From positions 32,001 through 96,000 of the forward strand of contig CAVYLP010000001.1 in NCBI GenBank assembly GCA_963769425.1: a DNA stretch of 64,000 nucleotides, written 5' to 3'. The notes below the pieces were generated by a model. The model did not search any database, had not been told where the DNA came from, and was given only the letters and a program-made list of their open reading frames with translations. The position numbers and the translations under genes are program-made. This document shows positions 1-9,495 of the stretch, piece by piece (within the stretch, counting starts at the first letter, position 1; the number at the start of each line of letters is the position of its first letter). This DNA is from Candidatus Bathyarchaeota archaeon (GTDB lineage: Archaea; Thermoproteota; Bathyarchaeia; TCS64).

Positions 1-615
1 CTCCCTGATCTGCTCCCTTATCTTCGGAGGAAGGGCTGTGAATTGCTCGTCGGCGATCGGTTGACCATTTATCACGGGTGTTATCGCTATGCCTATGGGA
101 CTGCGCTGGAGGAAGAAGCCTGCCTCATTCGCCTTCTGGTTTATCTCCTGCCAGAGCTCAGTCTTCTCGTCGTCAAACTTCTTCACCGTGCTAGCCCGCT
201 TTTGAGCGTAGTCTTCACTCTCGAAGGCCTTCTGGAGCTCCTTCTTGACGTCTTCTGTGAACTTATCCATGTCGTCGCGGAAAGTCTTACCCTTACCCGC
301 CGGCAACTTCAGCGCGTTTGGCTGGTTCTGGTCCTTAAAGTTGTTGACATAGCACCAGTCCGGTGGGACCGGCATCTCCTTCGCCTTCTCCTGTAGGAAG
401 CCGACGATCGCGGTCTTACGTCCAGTACCTGACATACCGGAGACGTAGATGTTGAAACCCCCATCCTTCATCGCTAGGCCGAATTGGAGCGCCTTGACGG
501 CGCGGTCCTGCCCGATTATCTGCTTGAGTGGCTCAAGTTCTGCTGTAGAGTTACAGTTCGCTATCTCCGATGTGCACTTCTTCCTGGCCTTCTCGTAGCT
601 AAGTTCGACTACCAT
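1..615 (-). CDS. Lon-like (LonC-type) ATP-dependent protease, 5' part; runs off the window edge
   Basis: Manual translation from ATG at 615: MVVELSYEKARKKC...LEPLKQIIGQDRAVKALQFGL...FNIYVSGMSGTGRKT (degenerate P-loop typical of LonC/AAA_32); absent from the ORF track. Confidence 0.8.
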   Translation of the reverse strand, partial: MVVELSYEKARKKCTSEIANCNSTAELEPLKQIIGQDRAVKALQFGLAMKDGGFNIYVSGMSGTGRKTAIVGFLQEKAKEMPVPPDWCYVNNFKDQNQPNALKLPAGKGKTFRDDMDKFTEDVKKELQKAFESEDYAQKRASTVKKFDDEKTELWQEINQKANEAGFFLQRSPIGIAITPVINGQPIADEQFTALPPKIREQIRE

Positions 616-672
616 CCACTGTCGCCTGTTGATCAGTGAATTAGAAGCTCAGTATATAAAGTCGGCTCAACT

Positions 673-1128
673 TCAGGTCAATCTGGCGATTAATTCTTTG
701 AATGTGAGGCCTTCGCCGGTCTTGAGGGTGTAGTCACCCGGGCGCTCGGCGATGCTGAAGCACCAGCCCTTGTACTTGAACTTGCCCGCGAGGACGGCGT
801 AACGTCTGGGGTATATCTTGTGTATGTCAAGGAAGGCGTTGAGTTTTGCAACTTGATCGGATTTGTAGTAGGAGTACTTTACCTGGCTCTTGACCTCGAA
901 GGCGACGACAGTTGTGTTCTTAACCGCGAAAACGTCGGGGAGAGGTTCTGTGCTTGGGGCACTGACTGGGACCCTGACTGCGTTGAATCCCTGTTCACGC
1001 ATCATGCCTACGAGTTCTCTCTCGGCGTCGTATCCACGCTTCTTCATGGCACGAACCTGTTTGCCGGTGAGGGTGCGTGTGAATCTTTCGCGTCTCTTCT
1101 TGGGGTTGGCTATGTCTCGGAGGGACAC
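673..1128 (-). CDS. hjc: Holliday junction resolvase Hjc-like PD-(D/E)xK nuclease
   Basis: KRGYDAERELV...GF.AVRVP.S...PDVFA...FEVKS motifs. Confidence 0.75.
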   Translation of the reverse strand: MSLRDIANPKKRRERFTRTLTGKQVRAMKKRGYDAERELVGMMREQGFNAVRVPVSAPSTEPLPDVFAVKNTTVVAFEVKSQVKYSYYKSDQVAKLNAFLDIHKIYPRRYAVLAGKFKYKGWCFSIAERPGDYTLKTGEGLTFKELIARLT

Positions 1129-1130
1129 GG

Positions 1131-1469
1131 TTACTCCTCGTCTTCATTCTCCTCGGGGAGGGGTAGCTGGCCGTTTTCTAGGGGCTCTATGGCTAGTTTG
1201 AGGAGGTCGCGCAGCCAGCCGCTGTAGGTTGTGGCGTTTGGGTATTTCTGGTACATGCGCTTGTGGGGGACCTTAGCGACTAGACGGAGTTGGACCATCT
1301 TGTTGACGTAGAACTTGGCGCTGCTTCGGCTTATATCGCAGACCCTCGCGAGGTCTCCGCTCGTGAATACAGGTTCGAGGTTCTTGTATCCGAGGACTAC
1401 CTTTGGGGGAAGTGGTAGTGCTGCCTCGAGTATCTCAAATAATGACTCCTCCCTCGACATCTGTGTCAC
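1131..1469 (-). CDS. Winged-helix DNA-binding protein
   Basis: FTSGDLARVCDISRSSAKFYVNKMVQLRLV HTH pattern; directly upstream of hjc. Confidence 0.6.
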   Translation of the reverse strand: MTQMSREESLFEILEAALPLPPKVVLGYKNLEPVFTSGDLARVCDISRSSAKFYVNKMVQLRLVAKVPHKRMYQKYPNATTYSGWLRDLLKLAIEPLENGQLPLPEENEDEE

Positions 1470-1885
1470 CGGTTTGGGTTGAATTGGTTAAGGTACAATA
1501 TAAGGCGCGAGGGTTGTTGCACACGGCGAAACTCAAGCAAAGATGGTTAAGCGCTCTAAAAAGGAGGCTATCAATTAGTAACTTATCGATGTGAATCTTG
1601 TTTCAGGGAGAGTCAGCCTACGCAGAGCTGCTCCTGCCATTCACAAGTCGCTTAGTCACGTTGACAAACCACTTCCAATGGAGGACAGCTGGGGACTACG
1701 AAGCGCGCACGCATCGTGTTCAGATCCTAATATTAATAGGAGGATCTCGGCCATTGAACACGGAAAAAATAAGAAAACGTATTTCCACGAATTTTAATTT
1801 ATTAAAAGATGTATTATTATTAAAAAAAACGCATCATTTTAAAACAGGGTACAAATATATAAAATAGCACATCGGTGTTTCGTTT

Positions 1886-2491
1886 ATGACGTTGACAGAT
1901 AATGATGGAGCAAAGTCAGTGGCTCAGCGTGTAAGAGAGGCAATCCAGATGAGACCGAGCCTACTTGACTCACTCAAATTAGGGATAGTCAACTATAGCG
2001 CACTAGCGAGAATGCTCCAAGAGGAAATTGGAGAAGGAAGCACAGAGGCCGTGAAGGCCGCCGTGATTCGTATAGCTGAGGACCTCTCCAAAGATCGTAG
2101 GCTCCAAGAAGAAGAGGTAAGAGGAATCCTAAAAGAGTCCAAGGTCCGGCTCCAAGACAAGATTGCTGTACTCATCAGCCCAATAAAGATGGACATACCG
2201 TACATCGTAACAGCCTACCTCACTGACAGCTATGTCTACATAGTCGACCAGACAGGCATAGGCAAAGACCTGCCGAAACAGGTACAGGTGATGAACAACC
2301 TCGTCGCCCTAGTCCTACTCAGCCCGGATCGCGTCGAGACGACCCCCGGTTTCGTCGCCTTCATAACCCAGCTCCTTGGAGGACACGACATAAATATCAT
2401 AGAGTTCATCAGCTGCTTCACGAACACCGTCATAGTCCTCGACACACGAGACGCGCTGAAGGCCTTCAGCCTCCTCCAGAACTACACATAG
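1886..2491 (+). CDS. ACT-domain regulatory protein (archaeal)
   Basis: GIVNYSALAR N-terminus; C-terminal TPGFVAFITQLL..HDINIIEFISC ACT motif. Confidence 0.75.
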   Translation: MTLTDNDGAKSVAQRVREAIQMRPSLLDSLKLGIVNYSALARMLQEEIGEGSTEAVKAAVIRIAEDLSKDRRLQEEEVRGILKESKVRLQDKIAVLISPIKMDIPYIVTAYLTDSYVYIVDQTGIGKDLPKQVQVMNNLVALVLLSPDRVETTPGFVAFITQLLGGHDINIIEFISCFTNTVIVLDTRDALKAFSLLQNYT

Positions 2492-2752
2492 AAAGGACTC
2501 TAAACTGATTCTTTAGTAAGAAGGAGTTCTAAATAAAAAATAACCAAATTAAACCAACTCTAACAACATTAAAACAATCCATAAACATAGATAACCCAAT
2601 CCGTTACGTCTTCAGCCAAACGCGTCCTTAAAATAGCTCAAAAAAACAAGTGGAGAAAGGATCGGTGACTTCTCGCGCCCATACTTCAATTCACCAACCT
2701 TTCTTTAAAACAGCAAAGCTTTTAGTAGGAGGCTACTAACTCATGCTTGAGA

Positions 2753-3061
2753 ATGGCGGAGATTTGTCCCGTCTGCGGACTCCCTAAGGACCTTTGCGTC
2801 TGCGAGGAGATGAGCCGGGAGCAGCAGCGGATAAGGATACGGTTAGAAAACCGCAAATGGAGTAAGACCTGGACCATCATCGACGGAATTGACTCGAAGG
2901 GTGACCAGCTCAAGAAAATAGCCACGCAGCTCAAGAACAAGTGCGCTTGCGGTGGAACGGCCAAGGATGAGCAGATAATGCTTATGGGCGACCACCGTGA
3001 TGTTGTCAAGGATGTTCTTATCGAGCTTGGCTTCCCCGAGGAGAACATAGAAGTCCAGTAG
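2753..3061 (+). CDS. sui1: Translation initiation factor SUI1 (aIF1)
   Basis: ICPVCGLPKDLCVCE and LKNKCACGGT..GDHR motifs. Confidence 0.95.
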   Translation: MAEICPVCGLPKDLCVCEEMSREQQRIRIRLENRKWSKTWTIIDGIDSKGDQLKKIATQLKNKCACGGTAKDEQIMLMGDHRDVVKDVLIELGFPEENIEVQ

Positions 3062-3180
3062 CACGAAGTAGATTTCACCGGGCACCAGTCTTTTATTACC
3101 TACTCGGCTTTCCTCCGAATGGCACGTCTTTTATATTCATTAAAAATGGGGGGCACCTAAGATGAAAGAAGATGGAGATG

Positions 3181-3447
3181 TTATGGAGTTGATGTGGGCT
3201 TCCCTTTGATATTGACCGTCGTCTTGATAGTCGTTTTTCCACCGGGGAGTATGACTCCTGTGCCAATTTCGACATCTAATTCTAGGGTGGCGCTCCACTC
3301 GCTGACACCCGCCTCGGCTAGCTCTTTTTTAACAGCAGACACGGCCTCGTGTAGGGTGGGAATTTTTCCTAAAAGTCCTTTGTCATGCACATCAGCTAAC
3401 TGAGACTTTGTGTAACCCGATACAACGTAAACTTTCAATTCTTCCAT
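3181..3447 (-). CDS. Small hypothetical protein
   Basis: 88-aa ORF from ATG at 3447 with GGTGA Shine-Dalgarno upstream. Confidence 0.5.
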   Translation of the reverse strand: MEELKVYVVSGYTKSQLADVHDKGLLGKIPTLHEAVSAVKKELAEAGVSEWSATLELDVEIGTGVILPGGKTTIKTTVNIKGKPTSTP

Positions 3448-3665
3448 ACAATCACCTAGACTAAAAAATCGAGGACGAGAATAAAACGTTGTAGTCATTA
3501 TAAAATACTAGTTGTGGTCAACCACTCAGCTTAGGTGAGTTGGCTTGTTTTTCTCTCCTAATATAGATCTCCTCGCGAGTGATTGGTGCCTCTTTTACCT
3601 CTTCAGTTGGGTGTGAACCCCGAAGCCGACGCCCTTTTAACCCCGGCCCCTGAGACATAAACGGA

Positions 3666-4668
3666 ATGGCGGGCAAACCTAAAGACGTAGCCGAACCAAC
3701 AGACTCGGCTTACTACAAGGCGAAGTACCAGACGATAGAGGATTTGCCATCCGTAGGGCCAGCCACAGCAGCGAAACTCAGGGAGATAGGCTTCAAGACC
3801 GTCGAGTCCATCGCCATGGCGACGACCGCCGAGTTGATCACCGCCGGGATAGGCGAGGAGACCGCGGGGAAGGTCATAGAAGCGGCACGCAAGAGCTTCG
3901 CTATCACCTTCGTCCGCGGCGACGAACTAGTCGAGATCAGGAAGCAGATCAAGCAGCTCACGACCGGCTGCCCGAGCCTTGACACGCTACTCAAGGGCGG
4001 GCTAGAGACTCAGAGCCTCACCGAGTTCTACGGAGAGTTCGGCACCGGGAAGAGCCAGATCTGCCACCAGCTCTGCGTCACAGTCCAGCTCCCCGAGGAG
4101 CAGGGCGGGCTAAACGGTGGGGCTCTATATGTGGACACCGAGAACACGTTCCGCCCCGAACGCATACAGCAGATGGCCCGGCGCTTCGGCATCGACCCCG
4201 AACGAGGCGCTAAAGAAGATTATCTTCGCCGAGGCGTACACTAGCGACCACCAGATGGTCCTCCTCGACAACGCCGACGAGGTCATCAAGGAGAACAACA
4301 TCCGTCTCATAATCGTTGATAGCCTCACCAGCCATTTCCGCAGTGAGTACCTAGGCCGCGAGATGCTCGCCAGCCGCCAGCAGCTACTGAACAAGCACAT
4401 GCACAAGCTAATGAGGCTGAGTCGCGCCTTCAACACCGTCGCCGTCATCACGAACCAGGTTATGTCCCAGCCCGACGCATTCTTCACCAAGGGTGTTATG
4501 CCCGTCGGCGGCCACATAGTAGGCCACATGAGTCACACCCGAATCTTCCTCAGGAAGGGTAGAGATAATATACGCATAGCCAAACTAACTGTGAGCCCGA
4601 GCCTCCCCGAGGGAGAGGTCCCCATCAGGATAACCGAGCAAGGAATAGAGAGCGATGAAGAGATCTGA
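3666..4668 (+). CDS. radA: DNA repair and recombination protein RadA (one frameshift near 4197-4201)
   Basis: HhH N-domain (DLPSVGPATAAKL), Walker A GEFGTGKSQ, Walker B LIIVDSL, GGHIVGH; two overlapping ORFs join at a CCCC run. Confidence 0.93.
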
Positions 4669-5053
4669 CAGACCCCGAGCCCTGACAGCCACTGGCAAGA
4701 CACGCGAGGCTGTTATAGTGTTCTTCGACGCCGTCATCGAGAGGCGATTCAGTGACGCTGACAAGGCCCTCGAAGAGGTACGAAACAGGAAACTTTCAAA
4801 CCCCGAGTTCCAAGACGGCTACATAAAGGCCCTAGAGGGCATAGTTACATCCGCCCGAAGCGGCGACGAGAGGGACTACCTAAACAGGTCAAGCAACACA
4901 GAGGAGGACCTAGAGAAGCAGAGCAGGGACTTCAGGGAGATACTCATGAAAGGGAGGCCGAAGCCATTCGACCTAGGATTCTTCAGCGCATGGAGCGATC
5001 TCGTCCACTACAGGCTCGCCGCGAACAAGTTCGCTAAAGCGGCGCAACCGTGA
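4655..5053 (+). CDS. Hypothetical protein
   Basis: 132-aa ORF overlapping the radA end, codon usage like neighbours. Confidence 0.6.
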   Translation: MKRSDRPRALTATGKTREAVIVFFDAVIERRFSDADKALEEVRNRKLSNPEFQDGYIKALEGIVTSARSGDERDYLNRSSNTEEDLEKQSRDFREILMKGRPKPFDLGFFSAWSDLVHYRLAANKFAKAAQP

Positions 5054-5306
5054 AGATCGTATAAAGCAGAGTCCATGCCATTATCCAGATGAAGATGTAG
5101 GCGCCTACACCGACCTTTAGGCCGTGGCCGCGGTCCAACTTGAGCCACCCCGAAAGCAGATCAGAGGACGCGAGGTACAGGAGGGTCCCGAGCATGAAGA
5201 CGAGCGTCCCGTCGATCTTCCCGAAGACCTGTAGAGCGACGCAGAGTATAGCGGCGACGAGTGCTAGGCCCACCTTGATCCAGTAGAGCTTCTCAGATGG
5301 TTTCAT
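5034..5306 (-). CDS. Small membrane protein (3 TM)
   Basis: KLYWIKVGLALVAA hydrophobic helices. Confidence 0.65.
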   Translation of the reverse strand: MKPSEKLYWIKVGLALVAAILCVALQVFGKIDGTLVFMLGTLLYLASSDLLSGWLKLDRGHGLKVGVGAYIFIWIMAWTLLYTIFTVAPL

Positions 5307-5355
5307 CGGGCGTTCACCGCTCTATTCCGGCGTCGGGATATTTGGGTGTATCGAA

Positions 5356-7458
5356 TTAGCCGGACCCGGTGGGGACGGTGATGTGGAAGGTGGTCCCGGC
5401 GCCGACCTCGGACTCGAACGAGATCGTGCCCCCCTGCGCCTCGACGGCGCGCCTGCAGTAGGTGAGGCCGAGCCCCATCCCCCCCGACTTCGTCGTGTAG
5501 AGGGGGGAGAACAACTTCCTCCTAGACTCCTCCGTGATGCCGATGCCAGTGTCGGATACTGAGACACTGACAGAGTCTCCCTCCCTGACTGCTATCACCG
5601 TTAGCCTCCCCCCATTGGGCATCGCCTCCACGGCGTTTTTCACCAGATTATCGACGACCCTGTGCATGATGTCAGGGTCGAGGACCACGGAGTCGAGCCC
5701 CCCTCCGATCGAGGTGGCTACTGCCACGTTGCCGGGGATCGTCATCCCCTCCAACACGTTCTTGATGAGTGAGCCCAGATCGGTCCGTGTCGGCTGAGGA
5801 ACAATATCCCGGGTGCTCGACCTCCAGTCCGCGATCATCCTGAGGGACCGTGTTGCATTCTCCTCGATGAGCTGCAGCATCCTCGGCGTGAGGACAGGCT
5901 CGTTCTTCGCGAGGTTTACGGACTGCATTATCGCGGCGAGGGGCCCACGCAGGTCGTGGGCGACGGTCGCCCCCATACGCGTCACCGCCTCCATCTGCTC
6001 CGCATGGGCAACCCGAATACGGTCCACCTCGCGCTGCCTTTCGGATTCCATACGCCTCGTGATGTCGTGGAGGGCAGCGAACACCCCATCCACGACTCCA
6101 TCCCTGTCCCGGTAGACGGTCGCGTGGTAGACGACGTTGATCAGCCTCCCCGAAGTGTTCCTGATCACCAGCGGGTATTCGCTAATCGGGCCCTCGCTGA
6201 AGACTTGCAGATACGCCTCCCTCGCCTTCAAAGGCTCGGTGAAATAGCCGGAGAAGTCGGTCCCGACCAACTGCCCACGCGAAACCCCCGTAATCTCGAC
6301 GGCAGCGTCGTTCACGTCCGTTATGAGGCCCTCCCTGCTTATCGTGACGAGGGGGTCGAGACTCGCCTCAATCAGGCTCCGCGTGTAGTGGGCAGAGGCC
6401 TCCACCTTCTCGAGGGCAGCGCGAAGCGCTTCCGTCCTCTCTCTCACCTTTTCCTCGAGCCCCTCCTTCTCCCTCCGGATCTCCTCCTCAGAAACCCTCA
6501 GCGACTCGTTCGTCCTATCCATCTTCTGGTTTAGGCCGAGGAGCTGCTCGTTCGAAGACCTGAGTTCCTCATCCGAGATACGGAGGGCCTCGTTGGCGGA
6601 GGCTAGATCCTCGTTCAGCGTGGCGAGCTCCGCCTCGCTCCTCTTGACGTCCTCGTACGCCTTACGGAGGGCCTCCTCGTCCTTCTTCCTCTTTGTTATA
6701 TCCCTGTGTATACCGAGTGACGCGGTACTCCCCTCAAAAATGATCCTCGACGCGTTCACCTCGCAGGTGACGAGGCCGCCGTCGCTCCTGAGCAGAGTGA
6801 TCTCGTACCTGTCAGGTTCATCCTCTCCCCTGATCCTGGACTCGGTCCTACGCCTCACCATCTCCTTGTCGATGGGGGCGACGAGGCTGAAAGAAGGAAG
6901 GCCAACGAGCTCCGTGGGGGTGCTGAAGCCTAGCAGATCCGCTGCAGCCCTATTCGCGTATAGATACTTCTCAGCGTTCAGCACAATGACGGCGTCGCTG
7001 AGGTTCTCAAGGAGGTCCCTGTACCTCTGCTCGCTCTTGGCGAGGGCATCCTCGAAGCGCCACGCCTCTACACCTTTCCTTATCCTCTGGACGAGAACCT
7101 GGAAGTTGCTAAGCCCCTCCTCCTTCCTCACGTAGTCGTCGACGCCGCTCTGGAAAGCCCGCTCCGCGACCTCTTCGCTGCCCCGCCCCGTGTAGAGGAT
7201 GAAAGGAATATTGCTCGTCCGTCTGATCTCTGCACAAAGCCCCACACCGTCCATGTTCCCCATCTGGTAATCGGAGACAACGCAGTCAACCCCCCCGCCC
7301 GAGAGCAGCTTCAACGCCTCAGAGGCTCTCGAAGCGTAGGAGACGAGTATGTTCGGCTCATTTCTCTCAACGTAGAGCTTCACGAGTTCGAACTGGACGG
7401 ATTCGTCGTCGACGAAGAGTACCCTTATTGTCAGCTCAGTAGGAGGTATAGGGTTCAG
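5356..7458 (-). CDS. Hybrid sensor histidine kinase REC-PAS-coiled coil-PAS-HisKA-HATPase
   Basis: Frame extends past the called 7383 start to RVLFVDDE; DCVVSDYQM receiver, VAHDLRGPL H-box, NAVEAM N-box, DTGIG, GMGLGL; probable CTG start at 7458. Confidence 0.9.
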   Translation of the reverse strand: MNPIPPTELTIRVLFVDDESVQFELVKLYVERNEPNILVSYASRASEALKLLSGGGVDCVVSDYQMGNMDGVGLCAEIRRTSNIPFILYTGRGSEEVAERAFQSGVDDYVRKEEGLSNFQVLVQRIRKGVEAWRFEDALAKSEQRYRDLLENLSDAVIVLNAEKYLYANRAAADLLGFSTPTELVGLPSFSLVAPIDKEMVRRRTESRIRGEDEPDRYEITLLRSDGGLVTCEVNASRIIFEGSTASLGIHRDITKRKKDEEALRKAYEDVKRSEAELATLNEDLASANEALRISDEELRSSNEQLLGLNQKMDRTNESLRVSEEEIRREKEGLEEKVRERTEALRAALEKVEASAHYTRSLIEASLDPLVTISREGLITDVNDAAVEITGVSRGQLVGTDFSGYFTEPLKAREAYLQVFSEGPISEYPLVIRNTSGRLINVVYHATVYRDRDGVVDGVFAALHDITRRMESERQREVDRIRVAHAEQMEAVTRMGATVAHDLRGPLAAIMQSVNLAKNEPVLTPRMLQLIEENATRSLRMIADWRSSTRDIVPQPTRTDLGSLIKNVLEGMTIPGNVAVATSIGGGLDSVVLDPDIMHRVVDNLVKNAVEAMPNGGRLTVIAVREGDSVSVSVSDTGIGITEESRRKLFSPLYTTKSGGMGLGLTYCRRAVEAQGGTISFESEVGAGTTFHITVPTGSG

Positions 7459-7515
7459 CGGGTGTCACCGAGATGGTGAATTAAAAATATCCGCAGCTTA
7501 AGATTCTTCTCTCCT

Positions 7516-8319
7516 CTAGCTGATGTACTCGGGCCTTTTATCCGAGATGGGGAGCAGGTCGGTCTCCTCCTCGAAGACCTCGAGCCTCTTCCTTATGGAT
7601 GCGTCGAGGCGCCTCGCCCTCTTTTCGAGGAGCGTGGTATCGAGTTCGAGGTTGAGAATTGAGGCGAGTTTGATGAGGACGGCACGAGAGGATAGGTGCT
7701 GTGGCACATTAGCATACTTTATGTCCCCCATGAGGCAGGCGCCAGGTATGCCGCGGCTCTTCGCGACGCCAATGACGACCCCGTTGAGGCCGTTAACGAC
7801 CCCCTCCTCTTCCACCACCTTGATCCCGTGTGTGCCGAGGAAATCCTTCATCTCCTCCCCAGAGCATACGCCGTAAACCTGGGGCTCATCAGTATACTCG
7901 GTCGGGTAGGCAGCCATCGTCCACATTCGCTTCACGCCGAAGTCGACAGCGAGCTCTACCACCTTCTCCGCGAGCCTCAACGACTCCTCGGGGATCGAGG
8001 GCTGCGCGTCACCCACACAGATGATTAGATTCCTAGACGGGGCGGCGTAGAACCTGTGCCTGATAGGGGAGAGCTCACCGACGCCCTTATTGTATACGAG
8101 CATGTTGTGGAAGTACGTCACCTCGGCGAAGAGCCTCGCGTTCAGGCGCCTGCGCAGGTAGTCGGCGGATATCTTGGCTATGTAGCCCATGCCGGGCCAC
8201 GCGGCGATCATGTCTGGGTGGTCCAGCTCGGGCTTACTGATGTAGTGGATGTCCAAAGGAGTCGCATAACCCAACCCGTGGTTTTCCATTAAACCTTTCG
8301 TTATTCCCACGGCACCCAA
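7516..8319 (-). CDS. PAC2-family proteasome assembly chaperone
   Basis: IAAWPGMGYIAKI, GDAQP, GVVNGLNG..G.GACLMG motifs; true start may be downstream. Confidence 0.8.
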   Translation of the reverse strand: MGAVGITKGLMENHGLGYATPLDIHYISKPELDHPDMIAAWPGMGYIAKISADYLRRRLNARLFAEVTYFHNMLVYNKGVGELSPIRHRFYAAPSRNLIICVGDAQPSIPEESLRLAEKVVELAVDFGVKRMWTMAAYPTEYTDEPQVYGVCSGEEMKDFLGTHGIKVVEEEGVVNGLNGVVIGVAKSRGIPGACLMGDIKYANVPQHLSSRAVLIKLASILNLELDTTLLEKRARRLDASIRKRLEVFEEETDLLPISDKRPEYIS

Positions 8320-8781
8320 CAGAGAGGGCCTTGGTTGATCCTTCTCATAGTCAGAATCGAAAGAAACTATTTAGCCCACCATCAAGGGACAGTAGAAGAA
8401 CTCTTTGGATAATGCAGGGCATAAGGTCAGTTGGGGACATGACTGCCCCGTATGTGGGGCGAAGAAAGCCATCATAGCTGGGATAGATTCCACCAATAAT
8501 AAGTCGACGACCCCGCGGTGCCTCAAATGCAAGACAGTTTTCAATAATCGCCCGAAGTGACTTCGGAGTTAAATCCCGTAGTTCCCTTCTTATCCGTTTC
8601 AAGAAAAATCATCGGATCCCATGTCTTAGAATTTGGGGTTAAGCCCACGCCACCTGGACCCCTTTATATCTGGAGAATTTTTACTGGATAAGTCAAGTAT
8701 ACACAAGTGATACAGGGCCTTTTTACAGTACTGAGAAAACCGCTTTTGGTCTCAACTCCCCATGACAATATTTACTCCGAT

Positions 8782-9058
8782 GCGACAAAGGGTGGATAAC
8801 ATTTTCCACTTGTACCCGTCGCCGATGAACTATCCGCGCAACAGAACCATCAAATACGAACCGGGGTCCCCACTTCGTGTAGCGCGGGAAGCCACTGAGG
8901 CCGGAGGGGCCCAGACACGCCGAGAGGCGCGATACAGGCGGGAACGGAGCCCTCGGGTTGGCCTAGGGGTACTTCAAGGGGGGGTGAAGGGGGCGGCAAG
9001 CAAACCGGGAGACAGGACTCCAGTGCCTTCTCAGACTATGATCGCACCTGCGCTACGC
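8782..9058 (+). ncRNA. Putative structured non-coding RNA or 5' leader, family unassigned
   Basis: Nested helices 8877-8885/9050-9058, 8886-8897/9021-9032, 8898-8904/8958-8964; CGCC-GAGA-GGCG tetraloop hairpin; G-U pairs favour the + strand. Confidence 0.5.
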
Positions 9059-9081
9059 CTAAACCTAGGGGTAGCCATACA

Positions 9082-9414
9082 ATGATGAGACCGAGAGGAT
9101 GGACCGAACAAGAAGTCGATACGCTACGGAGATTATACCCAACCACGGCCACACTCACGGATCTCCAGAATAGCATCCCCTCCAGGAGCCCAAACTCCAT
9201 ACGCATTATGGCGTCTAGGCTAGGCCTCAGAAGGCCAGACCTCCTCACTGGCATAGAGAAGGCGGGGGAGATCAAGACCTCCGCCTCAATCGGCGGCGGC
9301 GTCCTCGTCAGGTGCAGCAGGTGCGGGGGGTGGGTCGGCGTGGCATCGGTAAAGGCAAATGGTGGCATAATCATCTGCGAGAACTGCGGATGCGTCAGCC
9401 ACGTCGGCGACTAG
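9082..9414 (+). CDS. Myb/SANT-like HTH protein with C-terminal Zn ribbon
   Basis: WTEQEVDTLRRLYP...RSPNSIRIMASRLGL plus CSRC...CENC. Confidence 0.65.
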   Translation: MMRPRGWTEQEVDTLRRLYPTTATLTDLQNSIPSRSPNSIRIMASRLGLRRPDLLTGIEKAGEIKTSASIGGGVLVRCSRCGGWVGVASVKANGGIIICENCGCVSHVGD

Positions 9415-9495
9415 AGGCTTCACCAATTACTATATGTTACCACTTCATACCCTTTTTATACCAAGAGTCCGTTGTCAAAACGGAGGCGTTAGGCG

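Noticed and set aside
4190-4210. Programmed frameshift or intein in radA
   Set aside because: There is no insertion, and the shift sits in a C homopolymer in an indel-rich assembly.
8656-8674. ORB-like CTCCAGATATAAAGGGGTC on the minus strand
   Set aside because: Single copy, shorter than the consensus, and explained equally well as a TATA box.
8351-9085. ORFs 8351-8602 and 8762-9085 as proteins
   Set aside because: Atypical composition and no motifs; the second overlaps the structured RNA candidate.
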